26,352 bases of DNA from a virus (IMGVR_UViG_2778261247_000004), one strand, 5' to 3'. Numbered from the stretch's first letter, positions 17,156-26,352 are shown. Notes: generated by a model from the letters alone, not told the origin. Numbers and translations are program-made.

Positions 17156-18983
17156 ATTTGAGCTTAAGGCGTTGATCACCGGTGTCGACAGGCTTTCTCC
17201 CGCGCTGTCGAAAATGCAAAAGAAAATCCGGGGATTTAAACGCCAGGCGGAAGAAGCGTCACAGGGTGGGCTGGCGCTTGGTGGCGGACTGGCTGCGGGT
17301 CTGACGCTTTCCCTGAAATCTTATGCCGATCAGGAAAACGCCGCCACCGGGCTGAAAGTTGCCATGATGGATGCGAACGGTGAGGTCGGAAAGCGCTTTC
17401 AGGACATCAATAAACTGGCTATTGGTCTGGGTAACCAGCTACCCGGTACAACGGCTGATTTCCAGAACATGATGCAGATGCTGGTGCGTCAGGGGATCCC
17501 GGCAGAAAACATTCTTGGCGGTGTGGGTAAAGCGACAGCTTATCTTGCGGTACAACTGAAAAAAACACCGGAAGCGGCTGCCGAGTTTGCCGCAAAGATG
17601 CAGGATGCTACCGGAACGGCGTCAGAAGACATGATGGGGCTGTTCGACACTATCCAGAAGGCGTTTTATCTGGGCGTTGACGATACCAACATGTTGTCCT
17701 TCTTCACTAAAACCAGCTCTGTTCTGAAGATGGTGAACAAGGACGGTCTTCAGGCTGCACAGAGCCTTGCCCCCATCAGCGTCATGATGGATCAGATGGG
17801 GATGAACGGGGAGTCGGCAGGTAACGCCCTGCGAAAAGTTATCCAGTCCGGATTAAGCGTTAAGAAAATCAGGGACGTCAATAAAGTCATGGCCCGCCAG
17901 AAACTCGGGGTACAGCTCGATTTTACTGACGGCAAAGGGAGTTTTGGCGGTCTTGATAACATGTTCAGGCAACTGGCAAAGCTGCGAAAACTGACCGACG
18001 TTAAGCGAACTGGTGTACTTAAGGCAATATTTGGTGATGATGCCGAAACCCTTCAGGTGGTCAATGCACTAATCGATAAAGGAAAGGATGGCTACGACCA
18101 GATCCAGCAGAAGATGAATAAACAGGCCAGTCTGAATAAACGTGTTCAGGCACAGCTTGGTACGCTGTCCAACCTGTGGGAGGCAATGACAGGGACCGCA
18201 ACTAACGGCCTTGCGGCTATTGGCGGCGCATTTTCTGGTGACGCTAAAAATATCACGCAATGGCTGGGGGAGTTGGGGGAGAAATTCACGAAGTTTGCGG
18301 ATGAAAATCCCCGGGTTATTCGCGGCGTCGTCGGGCTTGCTGCCGGTCTTGCGATTCTGAAACTGGGATTGATGGGCGTTGGCGGTGCCATCAGTATTGT
18401 CAGCAGGATCATGTCGATGACGCCGATTGGCATGATTGCGACGGCGATAGCCCTGGCTGCGGGATTAATTATCACTAACTGGGATGTTGTCGGACCTTAT
18501 TTCAAGAAGCTCTGGGAAACCATTGGTCCTTATTTTGAGGCTGGCCGGGAACTTCTGAAGAAGGTTTTTGCCTGGTCGCCGCTGGGGATGGTAATCAATA
18601 ACTGGGGACCGGTTGTTAAGTGGTTTCAGGATATGTGGGACAAGCTGAAGCCAATTATTGAGTGGTTTACCGACAGTTCCGGTGACACGGTCGATGCCAT
18701 TAACTCTGCGCAGTGGGGCGCGGGTGCTTATGATGCTTATGGGACGGGAATACCGGCACGGGGATACACACCTTATCAGGCGGTGGATCCGGCTCAGTCA
18801 AACAACGCCTCCGGTGCCACAGGCCCGAATCCCTTCATGATTAACAAAGCTTCTGCGCCAAAAGTTGATGGTGAGATCAAGGTCTCTTTTGTGAATTCAC
18901 CTCCGGGTATGCGGGTTATGGAAACGCGATCCAGCGGTTTTGATGTCAGCCATGATGTTGGCTATACGCGCTTTGGCAGGTAA
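17148..18983 (+). CDS. Tail tape measure protein
   Basis: 611 aa, Ala/Gly/Leu/Lys-rich, with a hydrophobic internal segment. Position after the frameshifted chaperone pair. Confidence 0.85.
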   Translation: MAEFELKALITGVDRLSPALSKMQKKIRGFKRQAEEASQGGLALGGGLAAGLTLSLKSYADQENAATGLKVAMMDANGEVGKRFQDINKLAIGLGNQLPGTTADFQNMMQMLVRQGIPAENILGGVGKATAYLAVQLKKTPEAAAEFAAKMQDATGTASEDMMGLFDTIQKAFYLGVDDTNMLSFFTKTSSVLKMVNKDGLQAAQSLAPISVMMDQMGMNGESAGNALRKVIQSGLSVKKIRDVNKVMARQKLGVQLDFTDGKGSFGGLDNMFRQLAKLRKLTDVKRTGVLKAIFGDDAETLQVVNALIDKGKDGYDQIQQKMNKQASLNKRVQAQLGTLSNLWEAMTGTATNGLAAIGGAFSGDAKNITQWLGELGEKFTKFADENPRVIRGVVGLAAGLAILKLGLMGVGGAISIVSRIMSMTPIGMIATAIALAAGLIITNWDVVGPYFKKLWETIGPYFEAGRELLKKVFAWSPLGMVINNWGPVVKWFQDMWDKLKPIIEWFTDSSGDTVDAINSAQWGAGAYDAYGTGIPARGYTPYQAVDPAQSNNASGATGPNPFMINKASAPKVDGEIKVSFVNSPPGMRVMETRSSGFDVSHDVGYTRFGR

Positions 18984-19006
18984 TGAAAAATTAATCTGTT
19001 AATGAG

Positions 19007-19029
19007 TCCCACTCCGGTGGGATTTTTTA
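19007..19029 (+). terminator. Rho-independent terminator-like hairpin inside the tail operon
   Basis: TCCCAC-tccg-GTGGGA hairpin followed by TTTTTT, between the tape measure stop (18983) and the next start (19044). Confidence 0.5.
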
Positions 19030-19043
19030 TGTACGGAGTTTAT

Positions 19044-20372
19044 ATGACGTGGAAAGACAGACTTCAGGACGCGTCATTTCGCGGTGTGCCGTTTAAGGTT
19101 GAAGAAGAAAGTGCGGGAACCGGTCGTCGTGTGGAAACGCACGAATACCCGAACCGCGACAAACCCTATACCGAAGACCTGGGGAAAATCACTTTCCGCC
19201 CGTCCATCACAGCTTATGTGGTGGGAGATGACTGCTTTGACCAGCGCGATCGCCTGATTGACGCGCTGAATAAACCCGGTCCCGGCACGCTTGTCCATCC
19301 GACTTACGGTGAGCTGAAAGTCTGTGTTGACGGGGAAGTTCGGGTCAGCACATCGAAGAGTGAAGGGCGTATTGTCCGCTTTGACCTGAAGTTTGTCGAA
19401 GCGGGAGAACTCTCTTACCCCACTTCAGGTGCGGCGACGGCGCAGACGCTGATGTCATCCTGTTCTGCACTGGATGACTGCATCAGTGACAGCTTCAGTG
19501 GTTTCAGTATCGATGGCGTGGCAGATTTTGTGCAGAACGACGTCGTCGGTAATGCCAGCACAATGCTTGGGTATGTTTCTGATGCGATGAAAGTGGTGGA
19601 TTCTGCCGTATCGGATGCCGCCAGGCTGTTGCAGGGGGATATCTCGGTACTTCTGCCGCCGCCATCGTCAGGCAAAAATTTCGTTGAGCAGGTGCAGAAA
19701 ATGTGGCGTACCGGGAAACGCCTTTATGGTAACGCCAGCGACCTGGTCACCATGATCAAAACGCTTTCCGGTGTCAGCCTCGGCAGCGATCTGCAACCGC
19801 GCGGCGTCTGGAAAACGGACAGTAAAACCACCGCCACGGCGACGCAGCAGCGTAACGTGGTTGCCAGCACCCTTCGTACGACCGCAATCAGCGAAGCGGC
19901 GTATGCCGTCACACGATTGCCTGCGCCCACAACTTCCGCGGTGATGCAGAATGCCACAGTGGGGCAGTCAACAACACCCGCGCAGAGCACCGGCTGGCCT
20001 TCTGTCACGCATCCGGCACTGAACAATGCACCGGCGGTGAAAAACACGGTTGACCTGCCAACGTGGGAAGAACTGACCGACATTCGCGACACACTGAATA
20101 CGGCAATTGATAAGGAGTTGTCCCGTACAACCAGTGATGTGCTGTTTCTGGCGCTGCGCCGGGTGAAAGCAGATCTGAATGCGGATATCAACACGCGCCT
20201 TGAACAGTCTGCACGGATCATTCAGCGCACACCGGATGAGGTTTTACCCGCGCTGGTGCTGGCGGCGACCTGGTTTGATAACGCGGCGCGTGACGCGGAC
20301 ATTATCCGGCGTAATGCCATTACGCATCCCGGCTTTGTGCCGGTGATCCCTCTGAAGGTGCCAGTGCAATGA
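19044..20372 (+). CDS. DNA circulation protein (Mu gpN-like) / baseplate protein
   Basis: Start ATG 19044 (track ORF begins 19002 inside the terminator hairpin). N-terminus MTWKDRLQDASFRGVPFKVEEESAGTGRRVETHEYPNRDKPYTEDLG matches the Mu N signature. Confidence 0.75.
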   Translation: MTWKDRLQDASFRGVPFKVEEESAGTGRRVETHEYPNRDKPYTEDLGKITFRPSITAYVVGDDCFDQRDRLIDALNKPGPGTLVHPTYGELKVCVDGEVRVSTSKSEGRIVRFDLKFVEAGELSYPTSGAATAQTLMSSCSALDDCISDSFSGFSIDGVADFVQNDVVGNASTMLGYVSDAMKVVDSAVSDAARLLQGDISVLLPPPSSGKNFVEQVQKMWRTGKRLYGNASDLVTMIKTLSGVSLGSDLQPRGVWKTDSKTTATATQQRNVVASTLRTTAISEAAYAVTRLPAPTTSAVMQNATVGQSTTPAQSTGWPSVTHPALNNAPAVKNTVDLPTWEELTDIRDTLNTAIDKELSRTTSDVLFLALRRVKADLNADINTRLEQSARIIQRTPDEVLPALVLAATWFDNAARDADIIRRNAITHPGFVPVIPLKVPVQ

Positions 20373-21448
20373 ACGATAACGTCACGCTACGGGTAAATGG
20401 CCGGGAGTGGAATGGCTGGACATCGGTGCGCATCGGTGCCGGTATTGAACGGCTGGCGCGGGATTTCAGTGTGGAGATCACCCGCCAGTGGCCGGGTGAT
20501 GAGGGTATCACCACGCTTCAGCCGCGCATTAAAAACGGTTCAAAAGTGGAGGTGCTGATTGGTGATGAGCTGGTGATCACCGGCTGGGTGGAGGCGACGC
20601 CCGTTCGTTACGATGCCCGTTCGGTCAGCACCGGTATTGCCGGACGCAGTCTGACCGCTGACCTGATTGACTGTGCAGCCGAACCGACACAGTTTAACGG
20701 ACGATCGCTGGTACAGATTGCGCAGGCGCTTGCTGCGCCTTTCGGCATTGAGGTGGTGAACAACGGTGCGCCGTCGGGTGTTATTCCTGACGTCCAGCCC
20801 GATCACGGTGAAACGGTGATTGAGGTAATCAACAAAATACTCGGTCAGCAGCAGGCACTGGCTTACGACGACCCACACGGCAGGCTGGTGATTGGCGGTA
20901 TTGGCTCAACGCGGGCACATACTGCGCTGGTACTCGGGGAAAACATCCTTTCCTGCGATACGGAGAAGAGTATCCGGGAGCGGTTTTCTGTTTACCAGGT
21001 GGCGGGGCAGCGTGCTGGAAACGACGATGATTTCGGTGAGGCCACCACCAGCGCGCTGCGGGCCCGCACAGAGGACGCATTTATTGCCCGTTACCGTCCG
21101 ATGTATATCAGGCAGACAGGGCAGGCTACGGGGGCAGGCTGTATTGCGCGTGCTGACTTTGAAGCCCGACAACGGGCGGCGCGGACGGATGAAACCACCT
21201 ATGTGGTGCAGGGCTGGCGACAGGGTAACGGTACGCTGTGGCAGCCCAACCAGCGGGTGATTGTCTTCGATCCGGTCTGTGGTTTCGACAATACCGAACT
21301 GCTTGTCTCGGAAGTCACGTTTACTCAGGACCAGAACGGCACCCTGACGGAAATCCGTGTCGGCCCACCTGATGCTTATCTGCCTGAACCCGAAGCCCCC
21401 GGCGCGCGGAAAAAGAAAAAAGCCAGAGTACAGGAGGACCCGTTCTGA
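20369..21448 (+). CDS. Baseplate hub / tail protein (Mu gpP-like)
   Basis: 359 aa; position after the gpN-like gene and before the gp45-like spike; start overlaps the upstream stop. Confidence 0.7.
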   Translation: MNDNVTLRVNGREWNGWTSVRIGAGIERLARDFSVEITRQWPGDEGITTLQPRIKNGSKVEVLIGDELVITGWVEATPVRYDARSVSTGIAGRSLTADLIDCAAEPTQFNGRSLVQIAQALAAPFGIEVVNNGAPSGVIPDVQPDHGETVIEVINKILGQQQALAYDDPHGRLVIGGIGSTRAHTALVLGENILSCDTEKSIRERFSVYQVAGQRAGNDDDFGEATTSALRARTEDAFIARYRPMYIRQTGQATGAGCIARADFEARQRAARTDETTYVVQGWRQGNGTLWQPNQRVIVFDPVCGFDNTELLVSEVTFTQDQNGTLTEIRVGPPDAYLPEPEAPGARKKKKARVQEDPF

Positions 21449-21996
21449 TGAGTACGATTGAAGCCATGCAGCGACAACTCCTCGGCCTGATTGGGCGGGC
21501 AGTGGTGAAAAGCATCAGTGCCGCCACGAAATGTCAGACCGTGGATGTGTCCCTGATTGCCGGTGAACCCAAAGCCGGGGTTGAACATCTTGAACCCTAC
21601 GGTTTTACCGCAAGGGCAAACAGCGGTGCGGAAGCGGTGGTGTTGTTTCCGGATGGTGACCGTTCTCATGCGGTGGTTGTTACGGTGTCGGACCGGCGCT
21701 ACCGCCTGAAAGGGCTGCAGACGGGTGAGGTGGCGGTCTATGACGATCAGGGGCAGTCTGTGACGCTGACCCGGGAGGGGAGCGTGGTGGACGGTGCAGG
21801 TAAAACGATCACGTTTCGCAATGCACCTGAAGCACGTTTTGAAATGGACCTGGAAGTGACAGGACAGGTGAAAGACCTGTGCGACTCCAGCGGCACCACC
21901 ATGTCAGCGATGCGGCTTGCCTATAACGGGCATCGTCACAGAGAGAACGGTCAGGGCAGTAACACCGACAAACCTGATAAAGCGATGGAGGCATGA
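21448..21996 (+). CDS. Baseplate spike / assembly protein V (Mu gp45-like)
   Basis: 182 aa; RBS AGGAGG upstream; position and size match gpV/gp45-type baseplate spikes. Confidence 0.7.
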   Translation: MSTIEAMQRQLLGLIGRAVVKSISAATKCQTVDVSLIAGEPKAGVEHLEPYGFTARANSGAEAVVLFPDGDRSHAVVVTVSDRRYRLKGLQTGEVAVYDDQGQSVTLTREGSVVDGAGKTITFRNAPEARFEMDLEVTGQVKDLCDSSGTTMSAMRLAYNGHRHRENGQGSNTDKPDKAMEA

Positions 21997-22421
21997 TGGA
22001 ACTGTGGCTGACGGTGAACGGTAAACGCACCTGCGCCAGCGCACCGCTGGATCCGCTGACCCGCGCCGTGGTGATTTCCCTGTTTACCTGGCGGCGGGCG
22101 GAGCCTGATGACAACGCCGACGTCCCGATGGGATGGTGGGGGGATACCTGGCCTGCGGTACAGAATGACCGTTACGGCTCCCGACTGTGGCTGCTTCAGC
22201 GCAGCAAACTGACCAATCAGCTGGTGCAGACGGTAAGGGGGTATATCCGCGAATGCCTGCAATGGATGATTGATGACGGCGTGGTGTCCCGTATTGATCT
22301 GGATATCCTCCGCACCGGGATTAATGAACTGGGTAACAGTATCACTCTCTGGCGTCGTGACGGACCGGTAATGATTTCTTTAGATGATCTGTGGAGTGCG
22401 ATAACGCATGGCGGACAGTGA
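21993..22421 (+). CDS. Baseplate protein (Mu gp46 / gpW-like)
   Basis: 142 aa; ATGA overlap with the upstream gene; position before the baseplate J-like gene. Confidence 0.7.
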   Translation: MMELWLTVNGKRTCASAPLDPLTRAVVISLFTWRRAEPDDNADVPMGWWGDTWPAVQNDRYGSRLWLLQRSKLTNQLVQTVRGYIRECLQWMIDDGVVSRIDLDILRTGINELGNSITLWRRDGPVMISLDDLWSAITHGGQ

Positions 22422-23466
22422 ATTTCAGCGCCCGACGCTGGCAGAAAATATCAGTATGCTCCGTAACGATTTATTCGCCAGGCTGGACGTCAGCGACACG
22501 CTCCGGCGCATGGATGAAGACGTGCGGGCAAAGGTGTATGCGGCGGCGCTGCATACGGTTTACGGGTACATCGATTATCTGGCAATGAACATGCTGCCTG
22601 ACCTGTGCGATGAGTCCTGGCTGGCGCGACATGCTGCGATGAAACGGTGTCCGCGCAAGGGGGCCACGACTGCCAGCGGGTATATGCGCTGGGAAGGCGT
22701 CAGCGATGGCCTGAAGGTGACCGCCGGGAGTGTTATTCAGCGCGATGACCTGATTCAGTACACGGCAACTGCCGATGCAACCAGCGCCGGTGGTGTCCTG
22801 CGCGTGCCGATCGCCTGCTCAAGTGCAGGCGCGGTCGGTAACGCTGACGACGGTACGTCATTAATCCTGGTCACGCCGGTTAATGGTCTGCCGTCTTCCG
22901 GCGTGGCAGACACTCTGACAGGTGGATTTGATACTGAAGAGCTGGAAACGTGGCGCGCCCGCGTCATTGAGCGGTATTACTGGACGCCTCAGGGCGGGGC
23001 TGACGGGGACTATGTTGTCTGGGCTAAAGAATTGCCCGGCATTACCCGCGCATGGGCATACCGTCACTGGATGGGAACGGGGACTGTCGGTGTGATGATT
23101 GCCAGCAGTGACCTGATTAATCCCATTCCGGAAGAATCAACGGAAACGGCGGCAAGACAACATATCGGGCCACTGGCCCCGGTGGCAGGCTCTGATTTGT
23201 ATGTGTTCAGGCCGGTGGCGCATACGGTGGATTTTCATATCCGTGTGACGCCGGATACACCGGAAATACGGGCTGCCATCACCGCGGAGTTGCGTTCGTT
23301 CCTGCTGCGTGATGGTTATCCGCAGGGAGAACTGAAGGTGTCGCGTATCAGTGAAGCGATTTCCGGTGCGAACGGGGAATACAGCCATCAATTGCTTGCA
23401 CCGGCGGAAAATATCTCCATTGCAAAAAATGAACTGGCGGTTCTGGGGACGATTTCATGGGCGTGA
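22408..23466 (+). CDS. Baseplate J-like protein (Mu gp47-like)
   Basis: 352 aa; position and size consistent with the baseplate J family. Confidence 0.8.
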   Translation: MADSEFQRPTLAENISMLRNDLFARLDVSDTLRRMDEDVRAKVYAAALHTVYGYIDYLAMNMLPDLCDESWLARHAAMKRCPRKGATTASGYMRWEGVSDGLKVTAGSVIQRDDLIQYTATADATSAGGVLRVPIACSSAGAVGNADDGTSLILVTPVNGLPSSGVADTLTGGFDTEELETWRARVIERYYWTPQGGADGDYVVWAKELPGITRAWAYRHWMGTGTVGVMIASSDLINPIPEESTETAARQHIGPLAPVAGSDLYVFRPVAHTVDFHIRVTPDTPEIRAAITAELRSFLLRDGYPQGELKVSRISEAISGANGEYSHQLLAPAENISIAKNELAVLGTISWA

Positions 23467-24041
23467 CAAACGATGATTACATCCGTCTGTTGTCGGCACT
23501 GCTGCCGCCCGGTCCGGCGTGGTCAGCCAGCGATCCGGCGATTGCCGGTGCGGCACAGTCATTAACCCGCGTTCATCAGCGTGCGGATGCCCTGATGCGG
23601 GAGCTGGATCCGCGCACCACCACCGAACTGATAAATCGCTGGGAGCGTCTGTGCGGCCTGCCGGATGAATGTATTCCCGCAGGAACACAGACCCTTCGCC
23701 AGCGTCAGCAACGACTGGATGCGAAGGTTAACCTGGCGGGCGGCATCAATGAGGATTTTTACCTTGCACAGCTTGCTGCCCTGGGCAGACCAGACGCCAC
23801 CATCACGCGATACGACAAAAGCACGTTCACCTGCTCATCGGCCTGTACTGACGCGGTGAATGCGCCGGAATGGCGGTATTACTGGCAGGTCAACATGCCA
23901 GCCGCCACCAACAGCACCTGGATGACATGTGGCGATCCCTGTGATTCCGCGCTGCGTATCTGGGGCGACACCGTCGTCGAATGTGTGCTTAACAAACTCT
24001 GCCCTTCGCATACCTACGTAATTTTTAAATATCCGGAGTAA
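23457..24041 (+). CDS. Tail protein, Mu gp48-like (DUF2313; YmfQ-like)
   Basis: 194 aa, directly upstream of the tail fibre gene, as for ymfQ in the e14 element. Confidence 0.65.
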   Translation: MGVTNDDYIRLLSALLPPGPAWSASDPAIAGAAQSLTRVHQRADALMRELDPRTTTELINRWERLCGLPDECIPAGTQTLRQRQQRLDAKVNLAGGINEDFYLAQLAALGRPDATITRYDKSTFTCSSACTDAVNAPEWRYYWQVNMPAATNSTWMTCGDPCDSALRIWGDTVVECVLNKLCPSHTYVIFKYPE

Positions 24042-24044
24042 TCC

Positions 24045-24788
24045 ATGCATCGTATAGACACGAAAACCGCGCAGAAGGATAAGTTCGGCGCGGGTAAGAA
24101 CGGTTTTACCCGTGGTAACCCCCAGACAGGCACGCCTGCCACCGATCTGGATGATGACTACTTTGACATGTTGCAGGAAGAACTCTGCAGCGTGGTGGAG
24201 GCATCCGGTGCCAGTCTGGAGAAGGCGCGGCACGACCAGCTGCTTACCGCGCTTCGTGCGCTGCTGTTAAGCCGCAAGAATCCGTTTAGCGATATCAAAT
24301 CGGACGGCACGGTGAAAACGGCTCTCGAAAACCTTGGTTTGGGAGAAGGCTCTGCATTACCTGTTGGTGTGCCTGTTCCATGGCCTTCAGCCACACCGCC
24401 AACAGGCTGGCTGAAATGCAACGGTGCGGCTTTTTCTGCTGAAGAATACCCGGAACTGGCAAAGGCTTATCCGACAAATAAATTGCCTGATTTACGTGGT
24501 GAGTTTATTCGTGGCTGGGATGATGGGCGCGGCGTTGATTCAAGGCGTGCGGTGCTGTCAACACAAGAGCCAACTGTAGGTACTTTTTATGTGGAGCTAG
24601 CTATCATCTCGGGAACTTTGAGCGGCTCAGGTGCTAAATTTACCGATTCAGTAGGGATTGGATCAACCAGTAGTAACATTACCGTTAGCAACGGTAATGA
24701 CCAGTCCGTGTCGGGTACAGTGGCCGTTAACCCCGTCGATACCCGTCCACGCAACATTGCATTTAACTATATCGTGAGAGCAGCATAA
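24045..24788 (+). CDS. Tail fibre protein (constant N-terminal part plus currently expressed variable C-terminal part)
   Basis: 247 aa. Contains a phage tail-collar signature ([30 protein letters not shown]...[17 protein letters not shown]). The left inversion site lies inside it at 24322-24347. Confidence 0.8.
   Translation: MHRIDTKTAQKDKFGAGKNGFTRGNPQTGTPATDLDDDYFDMLQEELCSVVEASGASLEKARHDQLLTALRALLLSRKNPFSDIKSDGTVKTALENLGLGEGSALPVGVPVPWPSATPPTGWLKCNGAAFSAEEYPELAKAYPTNKLPDLRGEFIRGWDDGRGVDSRRAVLSTQEPTVGTFYVELAIISGTLSGSGAKFTDSVGIGSTSSNITVSNGNDQSVSGTVAVNPVDTRPRNIAFNYIVRAA
24322..24347. repeat. Left crossover site for a Hin/Gin/Pin-family serine invertase (hix/gix-like)
   Basis: TCTCGAAAACCTTGGTTTGGGAGAA has the AAACC-NN-GGTTT core of hix/gix/pix sites. 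Its reverse complement matches the right site over 13 consecutive bases. Confidence 0.6.
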
Positions 24789-25390
24789 TGGATAAAGCAA
24801 TATTAAATAGTGGACTTGTTGCTACAAAGGCAGGGGATATTACCGTTTATAACTATGATGGTGAAACTCGGGAATATATTTCCACTTCAAGTGAATATCT
24901 TGCCGTTGGTGTTGGTATCCCGGCATATTCCTGTCTGGATGCACCAGGTATACATAAGGCGGGTTATGCTATCTGTCGTTCTGTGAATTTAAATTCATGG
25001 GAATATGTGCCAGACCATCGCGGTGAAATCGTCTATAACACCGAAACGGGAGAATCAAAACAAATCACAGCACCGGGTGATTACCCCGAAAATACAACCA
25101 CTATTGCCCCATTAACGCCATACGATAAATGGGATGGTGAGAAATGGGTGACCGATACTGAGGCACAGCATAGCGCCGCAGTAGACGCGGCAGAAGCACA
25201 GCGTCAGTCACTGATTGATGCTGCAATGGCTTCCATCGGTCTGATTCAGCTGAAATTACAGGCCGGACGGAAGCTGATGCAGGCAGAAACAACCCGGCTT
25301 AACGCTGTGCTGGATTACATTGACGCGGTGACGGCAACAAATACCAGCACAGCGCCGGATGTCATCTGGCCTGAACTGCCGGAGGCGTAG
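24788..25390 (+). CDS. Tail fibre assembly protein (Tfa/U-like)
   Basis: 200 aa; TAATG overlap with the fibre gene; C-terminal Tfa signature (...LDYIDAVTATNTSTAPDVIWPELPEA). Confidence 0.8.
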   Translation: MDKAILNSGLVATKAGDITVYNYDGETREYISTSSEYLAVGVGIPAYSCLDAPGIHKAGYAICRSVNLNSWEYVPDHRGEIVYNTETGESKQITAPGDYPENTTTIAPLTPYDKWDGEKWVTDTEAQHSAAVDAAEAQRQSLIDAAMASIGLIQLKLQAGRKLMQAETTRLNAVLDYIDAVTATNTSTAPDVIWPELPEA

Positions 25391-25805
25391 GCCATTCAAT
25401 ATCTGGCGCACAGGAAGTATCGACCAGTTCCAGTGCGTCCAGATAATCCAGCCACGAATTATATTGCGCCAGTTCCTCGCCTTTCAGACGACCAATAGCA
25501 GCTTTGCCAGGCCACTGATGGGTATTGATGTAGGTATTGACTTCTGAAACCAAAGATATTTTTTTCATTTCAGCCGTCAACACCTCATCCTCTTTTGAAG
25601 GGGGTGGGGAATTAATCCATACTGGCCGTCCTGAACTGTCAGCGCCAATTTCTTTCCCTTCTGGATGCAGACCAAGAAATTGCTCATATGTTTCTCTGGT
25701 AATTTCAATAACATCATCAGGAAGCGTTCCCGCATCCTCATATTCTGGAAACAATTCTTGCAGATAAAAACTTTTACTTCCGGGTGAAAAGAATACTGAG
25801 TTCAT
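25362..25805 (-). CDS. Alternative tail fibre assembly protein (Tfa'/U'-like), minus strand
   Basis: 147 aa, convergent with and 3'-overlapping the + strand tfa. C-terminal Tfa signature (WLDYLDALELVDTSCAPDIEWPTPP). Confidence 0.75.
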   Translation of the reverse strand: MNSVFFSPGSKSFYLQELFPEYEDAGTLPDDVIEITRETYEQFLGLHPEGKEIGADSSGRPVWINSPPPSKEDEVLTAEMKKISLVSEVNTYINTHQWPGKAAIGRLKGEELAQYNSWLDYLDALELVDTSCAPDIEWPTPPAVQAR

Positions 25806-25807
25806 TA

Positions 25808-26352
25808 TTACCGTCCAATGATTAACGCTGAGACGCTGGTATCTGAAGGAAAGGCTGCATTCAGTGGTTTGTCGACTTTGAACACAATCGTATTATTCCC
25901 CCTGACAGCGGCAAAAGAACAAACCGCCGTCGCGTATGAACCTGTAATATTACTGGATACACCACCATAAGCTGTTGTTGATACCAGAGGGATAACGCCC
26001 AGCACCTTATTAGGAAATACAAAGGGCAATGTGGCTGTGGCAATATAAGACTTATTAGAACCTGTGATGGCATAAGCATTATCAGTCATTCCATTCATCG
26101 CCACTGGGCCGCTTATACTTACAGTAACCATCTGAATGATTAGCCCGTCAGGTTGACGAATCACAAAATTTCCATTGCTACCAGTAACCGTCCAGAAAGA
26201 CATATCAGGGATTTGGTTTTCCCCGTTGCCCACATTCCGTTTTGCCGCTTCTCCCAAACCAACGTTTATGAAAATGGTAACCGGCTCATTTAAACCGTCT
26301 GGTCTGTTTCCTCCGGCTCTACAAAAATAATGTCCATCATTTTTAATGGACA
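25808..26352 (-). CDS. Alternative tail fibre variable C-terminal segment (Sv'-like), minus strand; frame stays open to the window edge
   Basis: The track ORF starts at TTG 26257, but my translation of the same frame stays open through 26352 (...PDGLNEPVTIFINVGLGEAAKRN...). Shares an N.GLGE junction with the + strand fibre exactly at the inverted repeat. Stop is 2 nt before the tfa' start. Confidence 0.6.
   Translation of the reverse strand, partial: SIKNDGHYFCRAGGNRPDGLNEPVTIFINVGLGEAAKRNVGNGENQIPDMSFWTVTGSNGNFVIRQPDGLIIQMVTVSISGPVAMNGMTDNAYAITGSNKSYIATATLPFVFPNKVLGVIPLVSTTAYGGVSSNITGSYATAVCSFAAVRGNNTIVFKVDKPLNAAFPSDTSVSALIIGR
26246..26271. repeat. Right crossover site (inverted copy) for a serine invertase
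   Basis: TTCTCCCAAACCAACGTTTATGAAAA. The central dinucleotide AA is the reverse complement of the left site's TT, as required for inversion. Confidence 0.6.

Larger units (their letters stand above)
24322..26271. mobile_element. Invertible tail-fibre host-range segment (Mu G / e14 P-like), about 1.9 kb
   Basis: Inverted hix-like sites bracket fibre C-terminus + tfa (+ strand) and tfa' + alternative fibre C-terminus (- strand), the canonical Sv-U-U'-Sv' layout. No invertase gene inside the window. Confidence 0.55.
1..26352 (+). mobile_element. Mosaic prophage / temperate phage late region (lambdoid regulatory and lysis genes, HK97-like head, Mu-like contractile tail)
   Basis: Uninterrupted co-directional phage gene order: Dam, RusA, Q, holin, endolysin, spanins, HNH, TerS, TerL, portal, protease, capsid, connectors, sheath, tube, tape measure, baseplate, fibres. 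Tight or overlapping gene junctions (ATGA, TAATG). Confidence 0.9.

Noticed and set aside
1-26352. Integrase, attachment site, tRNA, CRISPR array or Shiga-toxin genes
   Set aside because: Looked for short direct-repeat arrays, tRNA-like cloverleaf-rich GC segments and stx-like ORFs in the Q-holin slot; none seen. The integration module presumably lies outside this window.
26272-26352. Start of a pin/gin-type invertase gene immediately right of the right inversion site
   Set aside because: No + strand frame here encodes an MLIGYVRVS-like N-terminus; the short + strand ORFs hit stops within about 20 codons. The invertase is presumably further right or elsewhere.

Overview
This window reads as one contiguous stretch of a mosaic temperate-phage (prophage) genome, almost all on the + strand, probably enterobacterial (inference from recalled near-identity of the lysis proteins to phage lambda R/Rz). 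Order: (1) end of a lambdoid nin-type region: phage Dam methyltransferase (5' partial), a LexA-DNA-binding-domain-only protein, RusA, KilA-N protein, DUF968 protein, antiterminator Q; (2) a late promoter/terminator region followed by an AT-rich acidic cargo ORF in the Q-to-holin slot; (3) lysis cassette: holin, lambda-like R, Rz with embedded Rz1; (4) a second AT-rich island with two convergent unknown genes; (5) HNH endonuclease, putative cos region, P27-type small terminase, large terminase, portal, prohead protease, HK97-type major capsid, head-tail joining proteins; (6) a Mu-like contractile tail module: sheath, tube, frameshifted chaperone, tape measure, baseplate genes; (7) an e14/Mu-G-like invertible tail-fibre segment bounded by hix/gix-like sites, truncated at the window edge. 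No integrase, att site, tRNA, rRNA or CRISPR array was seen. The best candidates for an undescribed system are the two AT-rich cargo islands (4057-4392 and 5747-6717); their proteins match nothing I recognise. All homology calls come from reading the translations against remembered family signatures; no searches were run.
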